Assembly (NCBI GenBank): GCA_051362555.1
Contig: CM120640.1
Coordinates: forward strand, 33,871,967-33,935,966
Origin: Lingula anatina
Lineage: Eukaryota; Animalia; Brachiopoda
DNA: 64,000 bases
Direction of reading: 5' to 3'
This document shows positions 53,501 to 64,000 of the stretch, one piece after another. The notes below the pieces were generated by a model. That model saw nothing but the letters and a program-made list of their open reading frames with translations. It made no database searches and had not been told where the DNA came from. Position 1 is the stretch's first letter; every line of letters begins with the position of its first letter. A program made the position numbers and the translations under genes.

Positions 53501-56500
53501 CTTACTTTAATTTTTTAGAGCGGCTTTATATGTTGTTAATGCAGGTTCATCATGCTTGAATGTAATTTGTTTTTGGAATTAGATTATTTTTAATGACTTT
53601 AAAAGGGTGTTTTCTAGTTATATTTAAATTTTAAATGCTTTGTTTGGAGTTTGAACTTTTCAAAACCGATAGGACTTTTTTCAGTGCTCATATCCAAAGA
53701 TTGATATTCGCTGTGTACCATTTTTTTATACCAAGAACCTTATTGTGTTTCAGAGGTTAATCTATGCAAAGTTGTATATCAAAATGGCTTAACCCCACAG
53801 GAGCTATGTGAGCCCAATGGTGTTTGTAATAACCTTGTTGGAAAATGGGTTTGTCAGTGCCAACCCGGCTGGACAAAACCTCCAGGTGGAGAATTTTGTA
53901 CCATAGGTAAGTTCAACACTGTAGAAGTAGAATCATTACAGAGCAAGTTAACATTACACTGGGTACAAAGCAAGGTTGGCCAATTTGAAATTTAAAAAAA
54001 ATGTACTGTAGATAAGTTCAACATATTACAGGGCTAATTTGAAAATTTAAGCTTCTAAAAATCAATTTTAAAGAATGTCTTTTACATTTGAAAGCTCATG
54101 GGGGGGGGAGTCATTCTTAAAAAGCTGTCCATGCACAGGTGCTTTGACAAATATACTTACTGATAATTTTAATGATGTGAGGATGCTTGCAGTGTGCAGT
54201 GATGTTGGTGAATTTTTTTTAGGGGGGGGGGGGGAAAGTCAGTCCCTGACTTTCACAGATACCTCAGTGAAGTTCCATGAGCTAAAAAAGATTTTTTCTT
54301 TTTCCACTTTCATGACCTTATTAATTCGCCATTATATATCTTATATCTTAAAACAATTTTCTTCAAGTATAGATATGTTCCAAAAGAGACCAAGTATGGT
54401 TTTTTACCTATGAATTTTTTTCTCACTCACCAAGAGCCAATGACTAGCAATAATTTTCTAATTTAAAATCATTCTAGACATCAACGAGTGTGAAAACGTA
54501 ACATGCAGTAACCGGGGTAATTGTTCCCAAGTTGGTGCCGGGTATGTTTGCACATGTGATGAAGGATTTACTGGACAGGACTGCGAAACAAGTAAGTGCA
54601 TGTGTTTAGTTTTGTGTCACTTGTAATAGGGAATTCAGCATAAAGGTTGTATTAGAGGACATATCTGTGTACAAGAATATTTCAGGGGAGCTGCAGTGTT
54701 GTGAATTTTAAAACCAACAATGACAATTCTACACCCCAGAAATGTTGACTATGTATTTACTATTATGCACATCATGGATATTGTGAAAAGGGTACATAAA
54801 ATTTATGAAAAATGTACAATCAATTTCTCATTAATCATTTGTATCAGTAATACTAGGTTTTAGTAGTTACTAACAAAGGTATGAGGGTGTCCCCCTTCAA
54901 CTGGGCACTGCATTGTAAATCAACCCAGAAACTTTTCGCATTTTTATGTGGACCTTATGCTGGGTAGCGCTAGCAATTTTTTTCACTTAGCTAAATCACC
55001 ACATTTTTTGTCAATTTGTTATCAAAATGGTTATAATTTGGCTAAAACATGTCAAATCAAGCCCTTTTTCTTTAGCCAGTTTAAGACCGTTTTAACATTT
55101 GGCTAAATTGGTGAGTGTTGGCGCTACCCCAGCTTATGTAGCAATATCATTTGGCATGCAGATTGTTGGATCATCACAAGAATTTCATTATCTACTGTAA
55201 AACATGCATTCAAAATGTTTATATTAATAATTAAATCACATCTCTACCTGAGGTATAAATACAAATAAAATACATTTAGTCCCAAAATCCGTACTGAATA
55301 TTGTAAACTTTGCCAAATATGGCTGTAATCCATTTTCTTATTATTTTAAAAATCAGACATAGATGACTGTATACCAGATCCCTGCGTACATGGCACATGC
55401 ATTGATGGTGACAACGACTACACATGTGACTGCGAAAAAGGGTGGATTGGGAAGAATTGTGATATAAGTAGGTTCCACTTCATAAACCTTTCTATGAAAA
55501 AAATCTCATTATGCAAAGACAGTTGATGTTGTTTTTATGATTTTTTTTTATGCCAATCAAAAGAAAAAGGTAGAGTGACCAAATGAAAAATAATTGCATT
55601 GGACAGGTGATGTATAATTCATCCTGAACAGTGTTATATTCATTAAATATATCCATGGCCATTACAACATGTTTCAGTATAGGTTGATTGAGATATGACC
55701 TTTGAAGAGTAGAATTATATGTCACTAAATTGGCCAACTACTTCGAGACTTATTTTGATGTACGCATTCATTATACAGTAGTCAACAGGTATATATCCAA
55801 AAATATACAAAACTTTGTCGAACCAAAGGTTTTTATTTCTAAAAGTGGCATTTGCATTTTCTTTTACTTTTGCATACTCTTTTTAAAGCCATGCAGCTGT
55901 TAAGTATTTAAATATGATAATAATTAAAACCATCTAATAGATTGATTAAAATGTAATCAAAAGAAATAAAATCTAAAAAGCTAAACTTAAGTTAATAAAT
56001 ATGAGCATTCTTTATTAAAAAGAACAATTAAAATTAATCAGTCACTATGAGGGATTTTGACTTGCTGATGAAATTTGACCTTGGAATTGGTGCTTGGCAG
56101 TCTGCTCTGAGTCATAATTTGATCTAGATCCTAATGTTTATAATATTTTTAATGTTTATTTTAGATGAAGATGACTGTTCTCCTAACCCATGTCAAAATG
56201 GTGGAATCTGTAATGATCTGGTAGCAGACTACAGATGTGACTGTATTAATGGTTATGTAGGGAGGAACTGTGAAATAAGACGTAAGTGTTGCTTCGTGTA
56301 ACTGTTTTTGTTGTCTTTATTTTTTAACTTAATATGTAAAGTATTTGAATTACAAATTATAGTATTTTTTAGCAGGTTGTATTTGGAGAAAAAGAAATAG
56401 CTTTATTTATCATTTTTGTCATACCTAGAGTAATATTTACCTTTGAAAAAAAAACAGTTAAAGTCCTTATTAAATGTTAGTTACTCTTTTTCCAAGCTGA

Positions 56501-57808
56501 AAAAGAAGTTGCTTCATATGTAATTTTATGAAAACATATGAAAATGTGTATATCTTTTTACTATTTTAAGAGAGTATTCAATATAAATCTGGCATACATC
56601 TATGCATTGAAGTCAATTTTTTGCCAGTGCACAACCAAACAGTACCATATTCTTTTAATATCATTTTTTAAAGAAATACCAAAAGGCATTGTTTCCAGTT
56701 TCCTGAAAAATGATACCTGTATTTGAATGGGTATTTTCTGCTCTCTATCTGTCCTTTTTGGCAACTCATTTGAATAACTGATGTGCAGCAGTAACGTGGT
56801 ATACATTAATATTGCTACGTAATGTTTTGGTGGACTTTTACGAACTGGGGGGGGGAGGAGGGGGGGGAGATAAGTAGGTCAATATGCAACCAAAATTTTG
56901 AATAAGGTGCAGTTTTAAACTCTCTTATGGCTGATTGAGTGATTATTTTGGTTTATGCCTTGACATGTCATCTTTATTTGAGTCATATAAGAAACTAGTA
57001 GAAGTGGTTCATAAAGAATCCACTGGGCCGGCTTACTAGTCCGAAGGTTCATTGGTCTGAAAAATTGTAACATTTTCATCAGTTTCTTATAGTTAAGGGT
57101 TCGTTGGTCTGAAGATGCTATAGTGAACATTTGGACCAATGGAACTTTTGACTATTGTTACGCCCCCCAATCCGAGCTCACTTACGATGTACATGTACCT
57201 GTAACTTAAAAAGTGAAACTGTATTAATTTTACAGCACCATGCCACTGCACTGCTGCAGGAGATCCACATTACAATACTCATGATAACCAATGGATCCAT
57301 TTCATGGGCACTTGTAAATATGTGCTTAGTCAGCTTTGTCCAGATTCCCAGGCCGGTCTAGTCGACTACAAAGTCTATGTTCAGAATGAAGACAGAATCA
57401 ATGGCTCAATGCGAGTATCTTGGACAAAGAGTGTTGAAGTCGAAGCATATGGTCACAATATTTTGATTGACAAAGGATTAGTGCTTTCTGTAAGTATGGC
57501 TGTTTACTATACTTACCCATAGGTACCTTATCTATGTATCTTCTTTTTATATACTTACCCGTAGGTACCTTATCTATGTATCTTCTTTTTATATACTTAC
57601 CCATAGGTACCTTATCTATGTATCTTCTTTTTATATACTTACCCGTAGGTACCTTATCTATGTATCTTCTTTTTATATACTTACCCATAGGTACCTTATC
57701 TATGTATCTTCTTTTTATATACTTACCCGTAGGTACCTTATCTATGTATCTTCTTTTTATATAAGCGAATATCTTACATGTACTATCTACACCTTGGCCA
57801 GCAATTTC

Positions 57809-57839
<31 letters not shown>

Positions 57840-60800
57840 AGGGTGTCTTCTGAATAAGTGGATCTTTCAGTATCTGCCTTAAATGGCTCAGCTTGAGAAA
57901 TGACTTATAGAACTTACAAAGTTTGATTCACAGCTTTTTCAGCCAAAATGGTTTTTTTGTCACGTACTTTCTTCCAGATTTCAGGCTTGCTGTCATCTAG
58001 CTTAATCATTTATGAACTCATATAACCAAAAAATTGTATTTTTTTAGTACACAGCAGCAGGTCAACCATGGATATCCATCAGTAGTCTACCCAAATATTT
58101 GGCAGGAGGAAAAATTGCAATCAAATATGACGTAACTGGTAGTGTTAGGGTTGAAGTTGAGCTTGGGCAACCTGGCGATGGCACCATTTTGCTTGTGAAA
58201 TTTGATGGCGATGATGTGGCTGATGTTTATGCACCAGACTCCTACCGTGACGAGATGTGTGGTATTTGTGGCGATTGCAATGGGGTGCAGGATGATTTAA
58301 GACTGTCAGATGGCACAGATGTCTCGCAGCTACCCCCCAAGGAAGCCTATGCTGAAATTGGCAATAGTTACAAGGTCCAAGATGGGCAGGTGTAAGTAAA
58401 ACTGTAAATATGCATTGGCAAAATGAAAAGTTTGCATCAACTTTGCATTCAATTTGCTGCAAACTTGCTGCAAACTAAACAGTTTGCAAAAAAGTTTTTT
58501 CAGGTTGTTTCAAGAATCATAAGGTACTGATTGAAATTTGCAAGAGCAACAGTTTGCAAAAAGCCTGCAAACCCTCTGAAATTATATCAGTACCGCGTTT
58601 TCATGGGAAATTCCTTCCTGCAGATTTGCAGCAAATTTGCGACAACAGTTTGTAAGAAGCCTAAAATGATATACTGGTATAACTCATGAGTACTTAATTT
58701 GAGGCATCCAATGAGTGTCACACTTTTCATTTGTAAAAAAAATTTATGTGTACAAGTTATTCTTATAATTGAATCACTCTTGATATGGAGATGATCATTG
58801 TTTCACAATTTATGGTAAAAATTACATATAAGGAATTTAGAACTTTAAAACAGGTTTGTAGATTGTATTTTTTTTCAACAGTTTTGGGTGGGATACGTTG
58901 ATTAAAAAGGTTCTTTTTTGCTTAAAGAAGGCCTTAACCCACCAGGTCTATACTAACTATTAAGAAAATTCCTAAGTAACAGCATAAAAATATCATTTAA
59001 ATATTTGCTTTAGTCTAAAGGGAATGGTATTATCTACAGGTAGTCTCATGAAGTGGTAATTATAAAAGATAATTGGTATTTTCTTTGTTAAACACCAATA
59101 GAGCACAAAATGTTTCAAAATGTTAAGAGGAAGTTTTATAAAATGTAAAACACCCGACTCTCAATTTTTCAGATGCCGAGATGGCACACCACAAGATGGC
59201 GAGACATGTACCGGTGCCAATGAAGACATTGCTAGGGGCATCGACTACTGCGGTTACCTGCTTGATATCCACTCCGACAACATCTTTAAGGCATGTTATG
59301 ACAGCAATATGCTTCCCCCAGGATATCTGGAGTCTGCCTTAATGGGATGTACCACTGATGTCTGTGAAAGACTGGAAACAGACCCTGATACAGCAAAGGA
59401 AGCATCGTGCAAAATTCTTGAATCTACGGCAGAACTCTGCCGTGGAATCAATCATCCAGTCACATACTGGAGAAATGCAACCAACTGCCGTGAGTATTAC
59501 AAATTTAAAACACTAAACATTAGAGGAGCCAAAGTAGACTATTATACAGCTCCAATCCGCCACCCATGAAATAGCATGAGGCTTAAGTCCCTATATGTTT
59601 TTTCACCTACTGTGATTATTATAATAAGTGCCAGGATGAAATACTGCAATAACTGATGGACTGATGACTTTTTGGCCTTGAGACTAGTGTTGGCACAAAA
59701 GCTAAGTAAGTTGGCATGAGGGCTACCTGAAAATATCATATATTCAACACCAGATCACAGTTAAATTAATTTTGACTAACTTTCCTTGTCTTATTGAATT
59801 TATGATTAATAAATCTACTATAGTACCTTGGCCAATAAATGGTGTCCCTATGAGAGTGGCCTGCTCATAAAGTCAATAAAAGCTCTGAGTTGGTGCATGG
59901 ACAAACTGTTGTACATGGCAGTATCTTTACGGCAGAAATGTGTAGTTAGTGTACGAACTCAGTCATGCTATCTGAGCATTTGCAGTATTGGCTAACCATG
60001 CTCAAAACAATGTATCTGATATCCAAGGCTTAATGGGAGGCCAACTTAGAATTGCTCAGTTGTCAACTGTCTAAAAATGCCTATGTTTGAATAATAAAGA
60101 GATTACCAGGCACCAAAACCTTTTTTATATTCTTCAGATATTTCTTGTAAAGCATGGCCAATGTAATTCAGTTCCTTTAACACATCTAAAAATTCTATCC
60201 TGAAAAAATGTCAAGATTTGGCTATTTAACATTTCATGATTTTCAAGACACATAATGCAATCCCTTCACATAAAGATTGCAAAAAAAATTGTTTATTTTA
60301 TTTTAGCATTGGAGTGTGGTCCTGATATGGCTTATGTACCCCTGGGAACGGCCTGTCCCAACACTTGTGCTGATCCAACTGCTGCTTCAACCTGCACACT
60401 GGAGGATACAGAAGGCTGCCACTGTGCCGAGGGCATGCTGTTGAGCTCAGATGAGTGTGTACTCCCAGAAAACTGTGGCTGTGTTGATGCTGATGGGAGT
60501 TACCATAAGGTGATCAGAAATGTTTATGTTGAAATTTATACCTGAATGCATATAGGGTGCAGTTTGGATCCCAATTGGCACTGACAAAGCCATCAGTTGG
60601 TAGCTAAAATCTTCCAGGAGACTCCATTTAATTAAAATCTGCCATTTTTCGTTCTTTATTTTGATTGAGAAATTTTGAGAATTAAAAATGATTTGTTAAG
60701 TGGTGTTGACAAACATTCTGCTATGTTATTGGTACTGTTAGATTTGTCTGCTGCGTTTGACACAGTAGACCATAATATTTTATTGACATTTCTAAAGCAG

Positions 60801-63800
60801 AGTGTAGGGGTTAGAGATAAGGCCTTAGATCTTTTACGATCCTATCTTGTTGGGAGAATGCATCAAGTTAATATAAATGGTGTGCTTTCTGAACTCTCAC
60901 AGCTTTTATTTGGTGTTCCTCAGGGGAGCGTGCTTGGCCCGCTTAAGTTTTGTGTTTACACCTTACCCCTTGGAACAATTCTGCGTTATCATAAGATAGG
61001 TTACCACTTTTATGCCGATGATACCCAGTTGTACACATCTTGTAACATCCATGATCCAGCATTGTCTGTGAACACAATTGCTGATTGCATATCAGACCTC
61101 AGAGGTTGGCTCATTTCAAACAAATTGAAGATAAATGATGGAAAAACAGAATTTTTAGTCATTACTCAACCCCACAACAAGGGCCTTGCTCATAACTTGC
61201 AACTTAAAATTGGAGCTAGTATGGCATTTTCCTCCCCCCATGTAAAAAATTTAGGAGTATACTTTGATTCTACACTTTCAATGGACAAACAGATCTCCAA
61301 CATCACAAGGTCTTGTTTATTCAACATTCGGAATATTGGTACCATAAGGAAACATCTGAATCAATCTGCTGCTGCTACTGTTATACACTCATTGGTAACT
61401 TCCAGGCTAGACTATTGCAATTCTATATTATATGGATGTCCAGATGATAAGATCAAAAGATTACAACGCATCCAGAATATATCAGCACGGCTTTTAATGC
61501 TACAGCCTAGGGATTGCCATATCACTCCAATTTTAAAGCATCTGCACTGGTTACCCGTTAGGGCCAGAATTTTATTTAAGGTTTTAGTTTTTACACATGC
61601 TGCTTTTTATAATCTAGCTCCACCATATATAACTGATTTAGTCAAACATTATAGCCCTCAAAGATCCCTGAGGTCTGGTGACAAACTTTTACTGAAAGTT
61701 CCAAAATCAAGGTTAAAATCATATGGTGACATATCATTTTGTGTAGCTGCACCAGTAGAGTGGAATAAGTTGCCAATTTTTATTAGACAAATAGAATCAC
61801 AAGAATCTTTTAAAAAGGAATTAAAAACTCTTTAAGACATTTTATTCATGAATCTTAAATTTTATAATTTTAAAGAAACCTTGGATTTTTTACTTTTAAT
61901 TACTGTTTATTACAATTAATTAAGTTAGTTTAGCTCTTATTTATATAAAATATATCTTAACCATTTTTATCTATAAACTTCTTTGTATTTTATGTTGTAC
62001 AGTCTATTGAACATTTTATGGATTTTAGACTTGAAATAAATATATTATATTATTATTATTATTGAAAACAAAGCAGAATTCAGATCTCTGATATAAATTA
62101 CAACTTCACTTCATCAATTGATGTATCACTTATGTAATTTTTAACCATCTGTGTTATTTTCTTGTACTCTGCTTTGTAATTGCCTTTTTTATTATTAAAA
62201 ATACTAGTAACTTAATAATTTATATATGTCTTTTTGGAAAGGAGTAATCATTAGATTAATTTTAACATACCAGTACTTGAAACTATCAAAGTGTGCCTTG
62301 TTTTCATCATATAACATGGATGTGTCCAATGGCTTCTATTATTAATAGAAACATTTATAAATATGTATAATAGCATGTTATATAATAAAGCAAACATGAT
62401 AATGGTCCAATTACCCTTTCAAAGTTCAATAGAGTATGTGGTATTACTGAATGTCTAAAGAGCATTTTCAATTTCCAGTTGGATTCATCATGGCTCAGCG
62501 ATGATTGTAACACCATGTTCACCTGCGTCAAGGCGCCTGATGGGACAAAGCAGGTTGAATCAGAGGCATATGGCTGCGATCAGGCTGCCACCTGTGATGT
62601 GGTTAATGGAGAGAAAAACTGCGTGTGCACGCCACCTATGATTGGAGATGGGAAGACATGTAATCGTAAGTAATATACACAGGAGTGGATTGAGGCCGTC
62701 TTCTGGGTCTTCCGGAAGACAGTCAGATTTTCAAGATTTTCAAGATTTTCAGATTTTTACATTGAAGGGTATAAATTTTTTTCTGTCGGAAGACTGTCAA
62801 AAATGGGTGATGAATCAACAAAGATAGTTTGGAAAACTGTTAGAAAATATCTCTGGATCCACCTCTGGTACATGAAGTAATTGATTTGATTGCTTTTATA
62901 TCCCTGGTAATTTTTGTGACACAAACAAGCATTGATATGTTGGAATATAAACAAGATGGTAAGACAGCTTTAATTTCCTTATGTCTGACAAACATTTAAG
63001 CCAGTTAAGTTGATAGCAATTAAGTGAGACACCCCAGGAAGATCGACCGATCCAGATGGATCAATCTAGGCATGAGAACCCAGTCCAAGTTTATGTTTTG
63101 TTGAGCAATGATTCCTTTATTTTTAGAGCCTGGATGTCCACTACCAATGGAGATACAAAATGGGTATCATGATTATTCTGGTACACCGGTAGTAGTGCCT
63201 ATAGGCACAAAGGTCAACTATACCTGCCATGGTGGAAACTACATGCCTGGTGGAGCATCAAATGACATGATAACATGTCAAAACAATGGAACCTATGACA
63301 AAGATCCAGCTGAATGCAGTAAATAATTATTTTAAACACAATCTTATTTCAAGACATACAAACCATGAAAATTTTTGGTGAACTCCACTGTTAAGAGACC
63401 TTTGACACAATGAACAACTCCCAGTTAAAGAAATTGACCTATTGGCAGACACTGGCCAATGTTATACCATTATTTACTGACAGACTCTGTTCACTCCATA
63501 ATATCACCTTATTCTGATCTAGTATCGGAGAAAAAAAAGATATATCAGATTTTGTTGACAATGAATACCTACGGAGTATATGAAAGGTCAGCTTTGACAC
63601 TTGAAGAAGGATCTCCAATATACAACATTTCAAAATACTTTCATGAGAATATGATAATATGACACTTTTGCCACTTTATCTTTCCTAATCTAATATCTGA
63701 ACTTATTAATGTTTGTTATGTTTTGCTGAGCTTGGCATACTTTATTTCCAGGTCCTGGATGCCCACATCCAATGAATGGAACAAATGCAATCCATGATTA

Positions 63801-63940
63801 TACTAATGGCTTACCAGTGACAGTAGGCACCAATGTCACCTATACCTGTAATGCTGGAAATCTCATGGCTGATGGAACAACAATTAAGACAATTAAGTGT
63901 CTGCAGACTGGACTTTATGACAGTGGTCCAGCTAATTGTC
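44023..63940 (+). CDS. Multi-exon gene (continues beyond window end): IgGFc-binding protein / zonadhesin / alpha-tectorin-like secreted protein (EGF, 3x VWD-C8-TIL, Ca-binding EGF, Sushi)
   Basis: 24 phase-compatible GT-AG coding exons; VWD motifs F.GTC.Y and CG.CG.C; TIL motif [11 protein letters not shown]; EGF and CCP cysteine patterns. Confidence 0.92.
44679..44908 (+). CDS. Exon: VWD1 N-half
   Basis: [21 protein letters not shown]; phase 1-0. Confidence 0.88.
45282..45598 (+). CDS. Exon: VWD1 C-half
   Basis: [24 protein letters not shown]; phase 0-2. Confidence 0.9.
45616..45839. mobile_element. MITE in intron
   Basis: TIRs CTAAGACCCCATTCCCAAAGATTTTAGATCGATC ... GATCGATCTAAATCTCTGGGAATGCACTCTTAG; relatives at 33920 and 62996. 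Confidence 0.8.
46420..46685 (+). CDS. Exon: C8 domain 1
   Basis: [18 protein letters not shown]; phase 2-1. Confidence 0.88.
46998..47203 (+). CDS. Exon: TIL domain 1
   Basis: ACQASC..EGCSC..C..NCGC; phase 1-0. Confidence 0.88.
47654..47795 (+). CDS. Exon: TILa-like linker
   Basis: [21 protein letters not shown]; phase 0-1. Confidence 0.85.
48079..48207 (+). CDS. Exon: EGF
   Basis: [27 protein letters not shown]. Confidence 0.88.
48935..49051 (+). CDS. Exon: EGF
   Basis: [24 protein letters not shown]. Confidence 0.9.
49461..49732 (+). CDS. Exon: VWD2 N-half
   Basis: [25 protein letters not shown]; phase 1-0. Confidence 0.9.
49952..50271 (+). CDS. Exon: VWD2 C-half (plus-strand frame absent from ORF track)
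   Basis: [26 protein letters not shown]; phase 0-2. Confidence 0.88.
50601..50902 (+). CDS. Exon: C8 domain 2
   Basis: [23 protein letters not shown]; acceptor preceded by (TTA)n; phase 2-1. Confidence 0.88.
51024..51138. mobile_element. MITE with 5-bp target-site duplication
   Basis: TIRs CAGGGGCGGAT...ATCCGCCCCTG flanked by CTATA on both sides. Confidence 0.85.
51558..51778 (+). CDS. Exon: TIL domain 2
   Basis: [20 protein letters not shown]; phase 1-0. Confidence 0.9.
53122..53338 (+). CDS. Exon: TILa-like plus EGF
   Basis: [22 protein letters not shown]; phase 0-1. Confidence 0.88.
53754..53906 (+). CDS. Exon: EGF with insert
   Basis: [29 protein letters not shown]. Confidence 0.85.
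54478..54591 (+). CDS. Exon: EGF
   Basis: [29 protein letters not shown]. Confidence 0.9.
54960..55132. mobile_element. MITE with 6-bp target-site duplication
   Basis: TIRs CTGGGTAGCGC...GCGCTACCCCAG flanked by CTTATG on both sides. Confidence 0.75.
55357..55467 (+). CDS. Exon: calcium-binding EGF
   Basis: [35 protein letters not shown]. Confidence 0.9.
56165..56281 (+). CDS. Exon: calcium-binding EGF
   Basis: [36 protein letters not shown]. Confidence 0.9.
57236..57489 (+). CDS. Exon: VWD3 N-half with GDPH
   Basis: [25 protein letters not shown]; phase 1-0. Confidence 0.9.
57508..57763. repeat. 42-bp minisatellite, 6 copies, alternating A/G variant (84-bp higher order)
   Basis: Unit TATACTTACCCRTAGGTACCTTATCTATGTATCTTCTTTTTA. 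Confidence 0.95.
58048..58391 (+). CDS. Exon: VWD3 C-half
   Basis: [21 protein letters not shown]; phase 0-2. Confidence 0.88.
58430..58660. repeat. Degenerate TTTGCA/TGCAAA-rich repeat, probably a transposon subterminal relic
   Basis: Many tttgca and tgcaaa motifs in both orientations, and repeated aacagtttgcaaaaa. Confidence 0.5.
59173..59489 (+). CDS. Exon: C8 domain 3
   Basis: [26 protein letters not shown]; phase 2-1. Confidence 0.9.
60307..60509 (+). CDS. Exon: TIL domain 3
   Basis: [20 protein letters not shown]; phase 1-0. Confidence 0.9.
60673..62063 (+). mobile_element. 5'-truncated non-LTR retrotransposon (L2 clade, CR1 group); reverse transcriptase ORF 60675..61835
   Basis: [53 protein letters not shown]; AT-rich 3' UTR, AATAAA at about 62035, (TTA)n tail. 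Confidence 0.92.
62479..62665 (+). CDS. Exon: TILa-like plus EGF-like
   Basis: [35 protein letters not shown]; phase 0-1. Confidence 0.88.
62680..62867. mobile_element. Longer copy of the MITE family at 51024
   Basis: CAGGAGTGGAT...ATCCACCTCTG; shared ggccgtcttctgg.tcttccggaagac; flanks ATACA and GTACA. Confidence 0.8.
62996..63090 (-). mobile_element. Diverged partial copy of the MITE at 45616
   Basis: Reverse-complement similarity to 45640-45700. Confidence 0.55.
63127..63318 (+). CDS. Exon: Sushi/CCP domain
   Basis: [29 protein letters not shown]. Confidence 0.88.
63752..63940 (+). CDS. Exon: Sushi/CCP domain
   Basis: [29 protein letters not shown]. Confidence 0.88.
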
Positions 63941-64000
63941 GTAAGTCCTCTTTCCTAAAGTACAGTCCAAATCAAAAATGAGATGAGATGTGACAGTAAT

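Noticed and set aside
57398-57764. Repetitive ORFs on both strands ([13 protein letters not shown]; [11 protein letters not shown])
   Set aside because: Translations of the 42-bp intronic minisatellite
60675-61835. Reverse transcriptase as part of a retron, DGR or domesticated gene acting on the repeat arrays
   Set aside because: Motifs, 5' truncation and microsatellite tail are those of an ordinary L2-clade LINE; no template/variable repeat pair or accessory gene is seen

Overview
AT-rich, intron-containing animal DNA, most likely from a marine invertebrate; the TSP1 + chitin-binding architecture points to a lophotrochozoan (inference). Two large secreted-protein genes diverge and run off the window ends. 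(1) Minus strand, ATG at 16993: signal peptide, 20 thrombospondin type-1 repeats (TSRs) each on its own phase-1/phase-1 exon (eight near-identical 174-nt exons), a probable 9-nt microexon and two chitin-binding type-2 (ChtBD2)-like domains of the PIF/BMSP style. (2) Plus strand, TATA at 42313, non-coding exon 1, ATG at 44023: an IgGFc-binding-protein/zonadhesin-like mosaic with a furin propeptide site, EGF repeats, three VWD-C8-TIL modules (only the third keeps GDPH) and Sushi domains, with a 5'-truncated L2-clade LINE in one intron. The ~27 kb between the start codons and intron 2 of the TSR gene have no long ORFs. Read across frameshifts, however, they repeatedly give LRR, LRRCT, transmembrane and TIR fragments in receptor order, which I interpret with moderate confidence as about eight decayed Toll-like-receptor genes. 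The core promoter and first exon of gene 2 appear to lie inside one of these relics. Also present: an apparently perfect 1548-bp tandem duplication joined at poly-G, two opposed copies of a long-TIR element carrying a tRNA-like structure, several MITEs, and a 42-bp intronic minisatellite that repeats the U1 snRNA 5' end next to a splice donor. All calls were made by eye; no searches were run.
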